From assembly GCF_963921235.1 (NCBI RefSeq), contig NC_086108.1:57538001-57602000 (forward strand): a stretch of 64,000 nucleotides of DNA. Reading direction: 5' to 3'. Under the pieces are notes generated by a model. It did no database searches, was not told the origin of the DNA, and was given only the letters and a program-made list of their open reading frames with translations. Origin of the DNA: Mobula hypostoma. Taxonomy: Eukaryota. A program made the position numbers and the translations under genes. Each line of letters begins with the position of its first letter. The stretch's first letter is position 1. Below are positions 1-11,151 of this stretch, in pieces.

Positions 1-59
1 TCTGTACGTTAGGTGACTGACTAGAAATGATAACGTAGTAGTAGTTGGGGTGTAGAGGT

Positions 60-560
60 GTCGATCAGTTAGGGAAAGTAACTGCTTTTGAGGCTGGCGA
101 TCCAGGTGTGGATTCTATGTAGCCTGCGTCCATGAGCAGGGTGGGTGGGATCCTTCGTGACATTACTAACCCTTTTCCTGCACCTTTCTGTCCTCGATGG
201 TGGGTAGGCTGGTGCCAGTGATGTGTTAACCTTCCTGCCTGTCGCAGAACAGGTTCCATACCATGCTGTGATGCAGCTTGTTAGGATGGTGTCTACTGCG
301 CATCTGTAGAATGATGTGAGTATAGATGTGTATAGTCCAGTTATGAACATCCGGTTTTTGATGACATGCTGAATCTACGTGGAGGGCCCGGTCTTGCCTT
401 CTTTGTGATGACACTTGTGTGGACAGGACCTCTGATATGATGGTACCAAGGAATATAAAGCTACTGACACTCTCCACCTGGGACGCGCTAATGAGGACCT
501 GCTCACTGATCTCCGGACTTTTTCCTTCTTAGTCTATAATTAGCTCTTTGGTTTAGCAGT
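60..560 (-). mobile_element. Rex1/Babar-type LINE 3' fragment (degenerate)
   Basis: ORFs 226..477 and 69..350 give FIFLGTIISE and DTILTSCITAWYGTCS...TKDPTHPAH, the typical Rex1/Babar region C-terminal to the RT; frameshifted. Confidence 0.75.
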
Positions 561-1275
561 GCAATGAAAAGCACACCATCTGTTATTCAAATAATGAAGT
601 TCTCTAGGTATGGCCCGGGCACACAGAACAGAATACGAAACCAGGCAGTTTAAACCTGGCTAAATACTTTCTCACCAAGCTGGAACGCGAGATGTCATCA
701 GGCATGTGCACAGAAACAGGAAATGTCGGGAGCTCAACGTCAGGTAGTGCCGTGAACAACGATCAGAACCGTGAAAATACCTGTGGTGTTGTTTCGCAAT
801 CCATCATTCGGGGTTTTTCTTTTGCTCCCTACTTTTATTAAGTTCACCGGCACTCTGGAGATGTTTCAGCTCCTACAAGGACCACTGACTGTTTCGTAAA
901 TCATTTTAATTTTGGTCCCACATTGGACAGGCATTATCGGTGAAATTGTCTTGCGCTACTTCTAATTTACAACGACTGTCAAATCCCAATATCTTGATAT
1001 TACCCAATACAGTAAATGATTATGAATTATATTCACTCACAATCGCCCTTTTTTGTAAAACAAAAAGTTAACTTCTCTTTTAAGCGACCTCTTTCCAAAC
1101 AGTTCCTGATGTAATGCTGTGTGCCCACCCGATGTGCCCACGCCAATAAAGCGCTGCTCTCCAATGGGGAAAACGTTCTCAACCCTGCTCCTATTCTGGA
1201 GCCCAATTCCTCTCCAAAACTAAGACAACTTCTTCGTCAAGAATGTTTTTTTCCAGATATCATGAAATAACTTAC

Positions 1276-1323
1276 CAGCTTCGTAGCCCTATACGGCCCC
1301 GGCGAGATAATCCGGCTTTCCAT
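1276..1323 (-). CDS. DEPDC1: First coding exon of a DEP domain-containing protein 1 family gene (DEPDC1 vs DEPDC1B paralogue unresolved); the rest of the gene lies left of the window
   Basis: Minus strand reads ATG GAA AGC CGG ATT ATC TCG CCG GGG CCG TAT AGG GCT ACG AAG CTG = MESRIISPGPYRATKL, then a perfect GTAAGT donor (1275-1270). This matches the recalled N-termini of human DEPDC1 (MESQGVPPGPYRATKL) and DEPDC1B (MEHRIVGPGPYRATRL). It lies in CpG-rich sequence and is too short for the ORF track. Exon 2 (WNE...) was not found in 1-1275. Confidence 0.9.
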
Positions 1324-1530
1324 ATCCTTCCAGTTGAAATTCAAATCCGGCAATGATCAGTGATAAACCCGCTGGCCATTTCCAACCACAGAAGCCGGAG
1401 ACAACGGCGAACACCGAAAGCAAGCTTCAGCCATTGCGAGTGTTTGAATCCCGAACGCGAACGCTCTCTCACTGCTCATTGGCTGAGACTCCCACGTGAC
1501 GTCACCAAATCGGGAAAGTGACCGTTTGTT
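1324..1530 (-). promoter_or_regulatory. 5'UTR/promoter of the DEPDC1-family gene with cell-cycle-type motifs
   Basis: CpG-rich. CHR-like TTTGAA at 1443-1448 (+) and 1340-1345 (-), CCAAT box on minus at 1478-1482, overlapping E-box/CRE CACGTGACGTCA at 1493-1504, E2F-like TTTCCCG on minus at 1511-1517. Confidence 0.7.
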
Positions 1531-1531
1531 G

Positions 1532-1534
<3 letters not shown>

Positions 1535-1579
<45 letters not shown>

Positions 1580-1590
1580 GTTAGTTAGTT
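1535..1590. repeat. (TG)~21 microsatellite followed by a short (TTAG)n run
   Basis: Direct reading of the sequence. Confidence 0.97.
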
Positions 1591-1779
1591 AAAAATCCAA
1601 GAGCTTTTCTTTTACAATTTCCGTAAATTTATTACTGCAGGAAGTCCAAAATATGAAGGCTAGAAATAGTCGGCAGATTAGACACAAGTGCAAGGAGTTA
1701 AAGTGGCCACCAGATAACCTTGTGAAAATATTTAATGTTTTTAAGTATGGTGGAATACTATTACAGAGTTCTGAGTTTA

Positions 1780-3510
1780 CGTCTGAAATTGGTCTCTGCT
1801 GTGAATCAACTTCCCAAAAGGTACAGTGTCCCTCAACAATTTTTCCTTTAGCTCCTCCCACTTTCTCCAGACTTGAATAACCATGGGCACCCCATGGCCC
1901 CCAGCTATGCCTGACTTTTCCTTGGTTATGTACAACAGTCTATGTTCCAAGCCTTCTTCCTCTTCTTGGGCACCCTGCTTTGGCTCCCTGCCTGCTCTGG
2001 ATTTTTCATCTCCAATAGCTGACAAGACATCAATCGGTTCAACTTCAGCACTCCTCTCTCCTTGAATTTTACTCCCTCTGAACACACTGGCCTCCACTCT
2101 CTCTGCACTAATCCCAACCTTACTATCAAACGTGCAGACAAACAAGATGTTGTTGTAATGAGGCACACTGACTTCTACCTTGCTGAAGCCAAGTGCCAAT
2201 TCTCAGACACCTCCTCATACCTACCCCTTGAAGAGGGCCCCACTCAGGACCATCAGAAAACTGTCTTCGACACCAAGACTGACCTCATCAACTCTGGAGA
2301 ACTCCCATCCACTGTCACCTAACTCATAGTTCCCTTACCCCACATTGCTTGCTTCTACCTCCTACCCATGATCCATAAACCTGTCAGGTGGACCATTGTC
2401 TCTGCCTGCTTCTGCCCCACTGCACTCAAGTCCTCATAACCTGACTCCATTCCATCCCCTTAGTTCAACCTCTTCCCACCTACATCTGTAATACTTCTTA
2501 TCCCCTCTATCTCCTCACCAACTTTAAATTCCCTCGCCCTGACTGCCTCATTTTCACCATGGATGTCCAGTTCCTGTATACATCTCTCCCCCATCATGAA
2601 GACCTGAAAACTCTCTGCTTCTTTCTTAATAAATGAACCAACCACTTCCACTCCATCACCACCCTCCTTCATCTGGCAGAACTGCTCCTACCTCCTCAAC
2701 AATTTGTTTTGGCTCCTCCAACTTTCTCCAGACTTGAGGAGTAGTCATGGGCACCTGCACGTGCCCCAGCTATGCCTGCCTTTTTGTTGGCTATGTAGAA
2801 TAGTCCATGTTCCAAGCTTACCCTGGTAATGCTCCCCAATTCTTCCTCTGCTACATGTACTACTGTATTGGTGCTTCATGCACTCAGGCTGAGCACGTCA
2901 ATTTAATCACCTTTGCCTCCAGCTTCCACCCTGCCCGTAAATTCACTTGGTCCATTTCTGACAGCCCCTTCCCCTTTCTCAATCTCTCTGTCTCCATCTC
3001 TGGAGACAAACTATTGACTGCCATCTTTTATCAACCCACCAATTCCCATGGTTATTTTGGCTGTACCTCTTCCCACCATATCTCTTGTACCACGATGAGG
3101 CCACCCTCAGGATGAAGGAGCAACACCTTGTATTCCATCTGGGTAGCCCCTAACTTGATGGCATGAATATCAACTTCTCCTTCCAGTAAAAAACAAATCC
3201 CCCCCCCCCCACCTCCTGGGTCTTCTCCTTCCCTTTCGCCCATGGTCCACTCTCTTCTCCTATCAGATTCCTTCCTCTCCAGCCTTTCCTACCCACTTGG
3301 CTTCACCAATCATCTTCAAGCTATCCTCTTTCCCCTCCCCCACCTTTGTATTCAATCATTTTCTCCCTTCCTTTCCAGTCCTGAAGAACAGTCTGGGCCT
3401 GAAACATCGACTGTTTATTCACTTCCATAGATGCTGACTGATCTGCTGAATTCCTCCAGTATTTTGTTTGTGGTGTTTTGTATTTCCAGCACCTGCAGAA
3501 TTTCTTTGTT
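1780..3510 (+). mobile_element. Penelope-like element, degenerate RT plus 3' terminal repeat
   Basis: IKRADKQDVVV...YLAEAKCQFSDTSSYLPLEEGPT (2062..2322), a MGT..PSYA.LF RT segment near 2750, KFTWSISDS..PFL.LSVSI, a terminal QHLVFHLGS..GMNINFS segment and a hammerhead-like terminus at 3376-3413. Region 1830-1950 repeats the 2690-2820 RT segment. Confidence 0.85.
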
Positions 3511-3639
3511 TAGGTGCAGTGTTAACTGGATTATACAGTATTTATATCATCACTTTGCTTTGGGTGCCCTGTGTTTTGAACAGAAATAGCGCATGTCTTT
3601 TCATGTTTTCCCATGCAGGCACAATTTCTACCTGACTAC

Positions 3640-4140
3640 AACCACTCCAAAATGAGGCTAAACACAGGCTGAAGAAGTAAACACCTCATATTCCACCTGG
3701 GTAGCCTCCAGTTTGATGGCATGAACATAGATTTTCTAACTTTGGATAATTGCTCCTCCCTCCCCATTTTTTTTCTATTCCCCATTCAGGTTACTCTCTC
3801 ATACCTTCTCATCTGTCCGTCACTTCCCTCTGGTTCCTATTCTCCTTCCATTTCATCCAATGTCCTCCCCTATTAGATTGCATTTTCTACAGCCCTTTAT
3901 CTCTTCCACCTCTTACCTCCCAGCTCCTTACTTAATTCCCCCTCTCTCAGCAACCTTCCTACCTTCCCGTTCACCTGGTTTTACATATCACCTGCCAGCT
4001 TGTACTCCTTGCCCTCCCCACCTTCTTATTCTGGCTAATAACCCCTTCCTTTCCATTTCTGATGAAGGATCTACTGTTTATTCCCCTCCATAGATCCTGC
4101 CTGACTTGCTGAGTTGCTCCGGTATCTTGTGTGTGTCACC
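3640..4140 (+). mobile_element. Penelope-like 3' end fragment
   Basis: HLIFHLGSLQFDGMNIDF-like terminus, pyrimidine-rich UTR and a truncated CTGATGAAGG motif at 4059. Confidence 0.8.
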
Positions 4141-4509
4141 CAGGGTTCAATAGTTCTTTAGCTTTGAGGAGAGGAGTTTCAATCAGATTTCAAGAGGGAA
4201 CTGATAATAATGCCAATTAAAGTGGGGAGTTCGGTGGTCATTGATTTATTGGGATCAGAGTTGAAGGAGAAGAAGGTAAATCGTAAGGACAAGGTGATTT
4301 AGGTGATTGGGTGTGGTGAGTGAAAGAGCATTATAAATTTGGCCCAGTGGAAAGGAAAAGGAAGAGAAGTTGCAGAGAGAGATCAGATAGTTTCAATATT
4401 TGTATCAGAAATCCATGAGAAAAATAAGTTCTGGCAATTGATGAAAAGGATAAGGTAAGGTAATATACCTTAAGATAAGGTAAGGAAGGATAAGGTAATA
4501 TAATTTATT

Positions 4510-5305
4510 ACCTCGTCATTCAACACCATAATTCCTTCAGTACTGATAAACAAGTTTCAAAACCTGTGCTGCTGTACCTCCTTCTGCAACTGGATCCTTG
4601 ACTTTCTACTGGGACACCACAGTCAGTGGGGATTGATAATAACACCTCCTCAGTGACTGTCTATACAGGTGTGTACTTAGCCAGGTGCTATACTGTCACT
4701 ACACCCATGACTGTGTGGCAAAGCACAATTCAGATGAAATCTATAAATTTGCCAATGAGACTGCTATTGGTAGAATCTCAGTTGGCAATAAGGAGGCTTA
4801 CAGAAGGGAGATAGATTGTCTAGTTGAGTGGTGTTGCAGCAACAACATTTAACTTAATATCAGCAAGATCAAGGAAATGATTGTGGACTTCAGGAAGGGG
4901 AAGTCAGGAGAACATGTACCAGTTTTCATTGAGGGGTGAATGGTAGAGTGAATAGGTTTAAGTTCCTGGGTGTCAACACCTAACCTGAGCCACCAAATTG
5001 ATGACTTGTGAAAAAAGCGCACCAGTGGCTCTACTTTGTTGGGAGTTAGGCGAGACTTGGAATGTCACCAGAGACTCAATGAAATCATAGATTACAGTGG
5101 AAAGCATTCTGACTGGCTGCATCGCAGCCTGGCGTAGAGGCTCCAACACAAAGGATCACCAGAGGCAGCTGCAGCTCCGTCACAGTCTCAAGGCACCAGT
5201 GAGAATATCTTTAAAAGGCAGTGCCTCAAGATGATATCATCCATCATAAGGACCTTCACCATCCAGGACAGCCCCTCTTCTTGTCACTACCATCAGGGAG
5301 GAGGC
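4510..5305 (+). mobile_element. Rex1/Babar LINE RT fragment
   Basis: TTCAACACCATAATTCC (FNTIIP), TGCAACTGGATCCTTGACTTT (CNWILDF), KIKEMIVDFRKG, FKFLGV and ESILTGCIAAW segments. Confidence 0.8.
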
Positions 5306-5309
5306 TGAA

Positions 5310-6718
5310 AACAGGACCTCCAGGGCAGTAATTGTGGGATTGCAGCCCGTGCGCAGACAGGGAGGATAAGAACAGAATGATTTGGCAGGTGAATGCCTGG
5401 CTGAGAAACTGAAGCAGGGGCAGGGTTCCGATTTACAGATCATTGCGATCTCTTCTGGGTAGGTACGACCTGTACAAAAGGAACCAGTTACACCTGAGCC
5501 TGAGAGGAACAAATATCCTTGTGGGGGCAGGTTTGCTAGAGTAGTTCGGGAGGGTTTAAACTAACTTGGCAGGGAGATGGGAACCAGCGTCATCGGTAGT
5601 TGGTTTACAATCAGAGGCAGTGTGTTGTGAGACTGCTAGCAATGAGAAACTAATGATAGGGCAAAATTTTAGTCAACAGGATGAGTTGCAATGTAAAAGG
5701 CAGACCAAATCAAAAAAGGGTGAACACAGGACTGAAGGTGTTATATTTGAATGTGCACAGAATACAGAATAAGGTAGATGAACTTGTAATACAGTTACAG
5801 ACTGGCATGTTTGACATTGTGAACATCACTGAATCATGGCTGAAAGAAGATTATAACTGGAAGTTTAATGTCCAAGGATACATGTGTATCGAAAGGACAG
5901 GCAGGAAGGTAGATGGGGTGCCCTGGCTCTGTTGGTAAAAAATGAAATCAAATCATTAGGAAGAGGAGACATAGGGTGAGACGGTGTTGAATCATTGTGG
6001 GTAGAGCCAATAAATTGCAAGAGTAAAGAGACCCTGATGGGAATTTTATCCAACAATAGTAAGGATGTGGTCTGCAAATTACAACAAGAGATAGAAAATA
6101 CACGTCAAAAGGGCAACGTCACAATAGTCATGGGGGATTTCAACATGCAGGTAGATTGGGAAAATCAGGTTGGGGCTGGATCCTAAGAGGGGGAATTTCT
6201 AGAATGCCTACCAGATGTTTTTTAGAACAGCTCATGGTTGATCCACTAGGGGATCAGTTATTCTGGATTGGGTTTTGTGTAATGAACCAGAAGAATAGAG
6301 AGTTTAAGGTAAAAGAACTCTTAGGAACAAGTGATCATAATATGATCCAGTTTACCCTGCAATTTGAGAAGGAGAAGCTAAAGTCAGATGTATCAGTATT
6401 ACAGTGGATTAAAGGGAATTATAGAGGCATGAGAGAGGAGCTGGCCAAAATTGATTGGAAAAGAACATTGGCAGGAATGACAAAAGAGCAACAATGGCTG
6501 GAATTTCTGGAAGCAATTTGGAAGGCACAGGATATATACAAGAAGTATTCTGAAAGTGGGATGACACAAATGTGGCTATTGAGAAGTCAAAGTCAACATA
6601 AAAGCCCAAGACAGGGCATATAATAGAGCAAAAATTAGTGGGAAGTTAGAGGGCTGGGAAGCTTTTAAAAACCAACAGAATGCAACTAAAAAACTATAAG
6701 GAGAGAAAAGATGAAATT
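5310..6718 (+). mobile_element. CR1 LINE fragment: end of ORF1 esterase plus ORF2 AP-endonuclease
   Basis: LKVLYLNVHRIQNKVDEL...IVNITESWL, IVMGDFN and LGTSDHNMIQF motifs in ORFs 5681..5938, 5995..6186 and 6156..6623; frameshifted. Confidence 0.9.
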
Positions 6719-6719
6719 G

Positions 6720-6915
6720 AACACACATAATATGCTGGAAGGACTCAGCAGGCCAGGTAGCATCTATGGAAAAGAGTAAACAGTCGAGGTTTTAGGCTGA
6801 GACCCTTCATCAGGACTGAAAGGAAAGAGGAGAAGTCAGAGTAAGAAGGTGTGGGGAGGAGAGGAAGAAGTACAAGCTGGTAGGTGATAAGTGAAACTGG
6901 GAGAGGGTGAAGTGA
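6720..6915 (-). mobile_element. Penelope terminal repeat (inverted copy) with a decayed hammerhead motif
   Basis: Reverse complement of 6781-6818 is CAGTC CTGATGA AGGGTCTCAGCCT AAAA CCTC GACTG; homologous to 7723-7820. Confidence 0.8.
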
Positions 6916-7185
6916 AGGGTTAGTTGGCTGCTGGTGACTAGTGGTATTCCACAGGGGTCTATGTTGGGACAGTTTCTTTTTATGTTATATGTCAATGACT
7001 TGGCTGATGGAATTAATGGCTTTGTGGCAAAGTTTGCAGATGATACGAAGATAGGTGGAGGGGCAGGTAGTTTTGAGGAAGTAAAGAGACTACAGTCGGA
7101 TTAGGTGACTGGGCAAAGAAGTGGTAGATGGAATACAGTGTTGGGAAGTGTATAGTCATGCACTTTGGTAGAAGAAATAAACGGC
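6916..7185 (+). mobile_element. CR1 RT fragment
   Basis: WLLVTSGIPQGSMLG...VAKFADDTKIGG. Confidence 0.85.
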
Positions 7186-7194
7186 AAACCACTT

Positions 7195-7822
7195 TGATTG
7201 GGAGACCTCTTCATTGAGTACCTACGCTCTATCTGCCAGAAGAAGCGTGATCGCCCTGTAGCCACCCATTTTAATTCCACTTCCCATTCCTATTCCAACA
7301 TGTCAGTCATGGCCTCCTCTGCTGCTGTACTGAGGCCACGCTCAGGCTGGAGGAGGAGCACCTTGTATTCTGTCTGGATAGCCTCCAACCTGATGGCGTG
7401 AACATCAATTTCTCGAACATCTGGTAATGCACCCTTCCCCCTTCACCATTCGTCATTTCCATTTCCCTCCCCCACCTTATTTCCTTACCTGCCCATCACC
7501 TCCCTCTGGTGCTCGTCTCCCTTCTCTTTCTTCCATGCTCTTCTGTCCTCTCCTGTCAGATTCATTTTTTTCCACCCCTTTATATCTTTCACCAATCAAC
7601 TTCCCAGCTCTTTACTTCACCCCTCCACCCCTCCACCCCTCCCGGTTTCACCTATTACCTATTACCTTGTATTGTTTTTCCCCTACCCCGCCTTCTGACT
7701 CTGATGACTCACCTTTTTTCTGCAGTGCTGATGAAGGGTCTCGGCCCAAAACGTTGACTGTTTACTCTTTTCCATAGCTGCTGCCTGGCCTGCTGAGTTC
7801 CTCCAGCATTTTTTGTGTGTTG
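7195..7822 (+). mobile_element. Penelope-like 3' end (GIY-YIG C-terminus plus terminal repeat)
   Basis: LGDLFIEYLRSI...PVATHFNSTSHS, EEHLVFCLDSLQPDGVNI, and a hammerhead-like motif at 7723-7760. Confidence 0.85.
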
Positions 7823-8559
7823 TTGACATTATATTCCCTTAATTTGGATTTCCCTCAATAGGGAAAATAGTGTGTTTGTTTCTCCTCTGTTAACTTTTTG
7901 AACACCTTATCTAATCACACCTTAATAAAACCTAATGTTATGCAACTCTTCTTTTTTCTGCAACTCAGTAAGACACGGTGTCATTCTAGTGAAGTATGAT
8001 GCTTAAATCATTTTGGATAGGTTCGCTTTTCTACTGTACTGATGAGGATTTTCCAAGGTGCCACTCAGCCGATCAACCCATTTCGGTTTGTGCCCTTCCT
8101 TAGTGGGAAAACAGATTCTGCCACCTTGAATTTGCTGGTGGGATGGATGAGAGTGGGGAACTGAAACCTCTGTCTTAAAATTTTTGCTCCAGACCAATGT
8201 ACCAACAGTGTAATGTCTAAAATATTTTCATAAAATATGTTTTTTGACACATTGGCATTATAAAATAGTCTAACCATGCCCTACAGCTTTAAATAAATCG
8301 CATGACTCAAGTGACATTGTCAACCGATAGAAGTCTAGTTCAGGGCTATCACTTTGGATATTACATTAACAATCAAGTAAGGCTGCAGGGGGCAGTAGTG
8401 TTTAACTGTGTTTACTCAATCTTACCAGGATAACGAGCCTGTAATTTACATGAAATTAATTCTAAAACATCTTAGTTGGGAGACCACTGGTCACAAAGTA
8501 CGTTTATGTAAATGATCGCAAATAACGACTACTTTTGAAATTTTAGAAAATAAAGGGAT

Positions 8560-9320
8560 GCTGGGTTTAATCCAGAGTTTAGGTGATGTATTTCGGGAAG
8601 TCAAGTGCAGGAGGAAAGTATACTGTACTGCGATTGGAAGGAGACTGAGAAGCACTGATGCACAGCGGAATGTTGAGACGCGATTCCTTAGCTCCCGGAA
8701 AGTGGCAACACAGGTAGATGTGTACAAAGGAATTGGATGGCATGCTTGCGTTCATTGATTAGAGTATTGAATACGTACGTTGGTAAGTCATGTTATAGCT
8801 GTATAAACTTTGGTTGGGCCATATTTGGAACACCGTGTGCAGGTCTGGATGTCACACCATAGGAAAGATCTGGATTCATCGGAGAAGATGTAGCAGCTTG
8901 CTCGATTGGTTTGCTTTAGGAGAGGGTGGAGTGCTTGGATTGTTTTCTCTGGAGTGCCAGAGGCTGACAGAGATCGTCTCCTCCCCAGGATGGAAATGGT
9001 AAATGCTAGGGAACATAGTAGGTTTAAAGTGTGTGTTGGGGGGTGGGGGCGGCGGAGGGACGACACTAGGAAGGAGTTTCATTGCATCCTGGAGAGTATA
9101 ATTGACTAATGTGAATCTGAGGGGGGAAAGAGATGTGCAAGTTTTGTTTTACACAATGTCTGGAAGGTGCTGCCGGGGAGTTGGTAGAAACAGTTAGGAT
9201 AGAAACGTTTCAGAGGTACCGCAGATTGACCATGTGCAGGCAAATAAGATTAATTCGAATGGCATCGTGGTAGTGTAGATATGGTGGGCTAACGGACCGG
9301 TTCCTGTGCTCTTACTACTT
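8560..9320 (+). mobile_element. Old CR1 3' fragment
   Basis: CTGTATAAACTTTGGTTGGGCCATATTTGGA (LYK.LV.PHLE-like) and a CR1-type 3'UTR ending ATGGTGGGCT...CTGTGCT. Confidence 0.7.
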
Positions 9321-9529
9321 CCATGGATGGAGAAATGCAGTATGTATTCTGTTTTAACATTCGGGGTGTGGTGGACCGAAGTCGCTTTTTACTCTTCAAC
9401 TACAAGGTACTCGAAACAAAAATAAACCTTTAAAAACTTTTCTATTTCTATTAATAGTTTTACTATATACTATTTCATTAGCCAGAAATTTACAGTATTG
9501 GGTATTTAAAAATGTGTAACGATCTCTTC

Positions 9530-10450
9530 ACTGTCGTCGCCTTTTTGAGAAATACACGTTTGCAAGTCAATTTCCCAAATTCAGGTGCCTGATGTTAATT
9601 CATAAACCTAGTTTATTTGAAATAATATTAGGTGACGCGAGAGCAACAAGTTACCGTTGGGAGGCTATCGGTTCTAAACCTAGATACAAATAAAGAAAAC
9701 GAATCTGCTCTATCAACACAATGCACTTAACTGAAGTGTACGAGTGACAAGTCCCAGGATTCTTCAATATTGGCAAGCCATGTAAAGACCATTCCGATAA
9801 CACCGTAAGTAACTCATTGGAATGACGCTTCGATTGAAAAGCCAATCGTGGTATGAGTTGGGCAAGACTTCGGTAAATAAATGGCGTGATTGACGGCCTA
9901 ATTCCAATTGAACGTTGAATCCGTTCCCACGAGCCGCAGGATAGTGCTGTGGTCGTGAGAACACACCTATAAACCGCATTATGTTTGCGAGCATCCAGGA
10001 AAAAGTAGTAATTGGGAAATCTGGTGAATGTCTGTGTAAAAAAATGTGTTAATATCCAAATCATATAATTGGAGAGTGAAAATTGCAGTTCAATCAACTT
10101 CGTTATGATCCTGGATTGAGAAGGAAATGCACATTAGTCTCATCTCCGCTGCGACCTTGGGAGCGCGTACAAATATGTAGAACACCGCTAAACGGTAGGT
10201 TTGGTGCAGTTTAAATTATTACCACGTGGTTTCGTGTAGATTACAGATTTAGCAACAAAGTTTAATTTTAAATCGCGTCTTACCAACAATAAGATGCCGA
10301 TGACTCTGAAGGTGATATATTGGCGTCAAAGGGGATCAGGTATGTGCGGATCTCGTATCGAAGAATCGGGGACTCGAGCAACTGTGGTTTGACAGCGGAA
10401 TACCGGTTTACCGATTCGCGGATTTTTGTTGTGATCTTTTGATCGGTTTT
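9530..10450 (+). promoter_or_regulatory. Second CpG-rich promoter region with a candidate first exon ending at 10194 (unknown plus-strand transcript)
   Basis: Non-repetitive, with visibly high CpG density. Four CCAAT/ATTGG boxes (9769, 9816, 9842, 9904). Donor-like ACG|GTAGGT at 10194/10195 and an alternative ACC|GTAAGT at 9804/9805. No recognisable ORF. Confidence 0.55.
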
Positions 10451-11151
10451 CAGAATTTTTGTATTGACATGTTACAGGAATATAAAGGATGAAATACTTA
10501 GTCATAAGGAAATATCTTATTTATATCTGATAATATAGTTTTGAACATGCGGAAAATAAGTACGTTTCTCTTAATATGGCCGTGATAGTCAAATTTAACT
10601 AAGTCTTATACTTGTCTGATACTGGAATGGTATGCCATGGCAACACGATACTGTGAATTTTCTTGACTCTGCCCCCCCATCGGGATTTTTTTTTCTCTTT
10701 TCCACCCGTTTAACAATCGAGATTAGAAATGTATTTTTTTGCGTTATTATAACGGCAGCAGTACAACTGGAATTAGATTTTTGAGGACTAATTATAGAGG
10801 TGTTTATATAGAAGCATTGTAGGTGCACTTCAATTGTCCACCCACACATTGCAGTTTTGCCTTATGCTGCGAGGTTTATACTTGTTCCAGTGAAAATTCG
10901 CCGTGTGCTCCCAGCGCTGCAAGGCTTCAAAGGAGTAAGCTCCCACCGTGATTGTCCGCAACTTGGAATTAGCTACAAGGTCATTCATTTTGCTACTGAT
11001 TGTAGAAGATAAAATTTTAAAATGAAGTACGTCTCATTAAATACGCATCAGAAATAGACGAAGATGCAGTGATTCTAGACATGGATGTCTACAATGTCAA
11101 ACAGTAGATCTAAGGAAAATATGCCGGGAACTGACAAGTAGATCCATATTC

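Noticed and set aside
1577..1590. (TTAG)n as telomeric repeat
   Set aside because: Not TTAGGG; simple microsatellite extension.
9651..10097. 148-aa minus-strand ORF over the second CpG island
   Set aside because: Non-ATG start, no recognisable motifs; better explained as a chance frame in promoter DNA.
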